A DNA stretch of 64,000 nucleotides from Balanoglossus misakiensis (Eukaryota; Animalia; Hemichordata): positions 15,228,550-15,292,549 of the forward strand of contig CM082579.2 in the NCBI GenBank assembly GCA_040954595.2. The letters are read 5' to 3'. The stretch's first letter is position 1. The number at the start of each line of letters is the position of its first letter. This document shows, one piece after another, positions 63,690 to 64,000 of this stretch. The position numbers were made by a program, and so were the translations under genes. The notes beneath the pieces were generated by a model. The model was given only the letters and a program-made list of their open reading frames with translations, ran no database searches and was not told the origin of the DNA.

Positions 63690-64000
63690 TGTGGATACCA
63701 AGATATTGGAAAGTAGGTCAAAGGTCACCTGAGGTCACCCCAAATTTGGGCAAAAAAATCAGACCCCATACTAGTCTAGGTCCAACAAAAACCAAACACC
63801 TAGCTCTATTGGTTCGCCTAGAATTAGGTATGCGCATAATTAATGAGGTCTTGTGTAAGACTCCATATCTGCTCCATCGGCCCTCCAAAAGCCAGGACTC
63901 TAACTGCTGTGGATGCTGAGATATGGGAAATTAGATCAAAGGTCATCCAAGGTCACCCAAAATTTGGGCATAAAATTTTGACCCCAGAGTGGGCCATGTC
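63690..64000. repeat. Intronic dispersed repeat related to the inner inverted-repeat unit of the palindrome arms
   Basis: AGGTCACCCAAAA..ATTTTGACCCCAGAGT..CCATGTC and GCCTAGAATTAGGTATGCGCATAATTAATGAGG resemble 9490-9610 and 32170-32300. Confidence 0.55.

Overview
Repeat-rich animal genomic DNA, probably from a marine invertebrate deuterostome (inferred from the Gmr1-type retroelement and the GT-AG introns). From left to right: (1) A ~34-kb imperfect palindrome with arms at 2073-13181 and 25979-36060. Each arm holds nested inverted repeats around a near-invariant 223-bp structured core, and its inner end looks like an outward-facing promoter plus first exon. (2) The spacer carries a young full-length Gmr1-like Ty3/Gypsy LTR retrotransposon (PR-INT-RT-RH order, one nonsense codon), inserted next to remnants of a secreted pentraxin-like gene. 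(3) A 9.6-kb satellite of 82/83/86-bp units with higher-order duplications. (4) The 3' part of a minus-strand uninflatable/SVEP1-like membrane-protein gene with one decayed Sushi exon. (5) Inside one of its introns, an intact Crypton-like tyrosine-recombinase element whose ends suggest a folded single-stranded DNA recombination site. All alignments and counts were done by eye; family assignments were not checked by database search.
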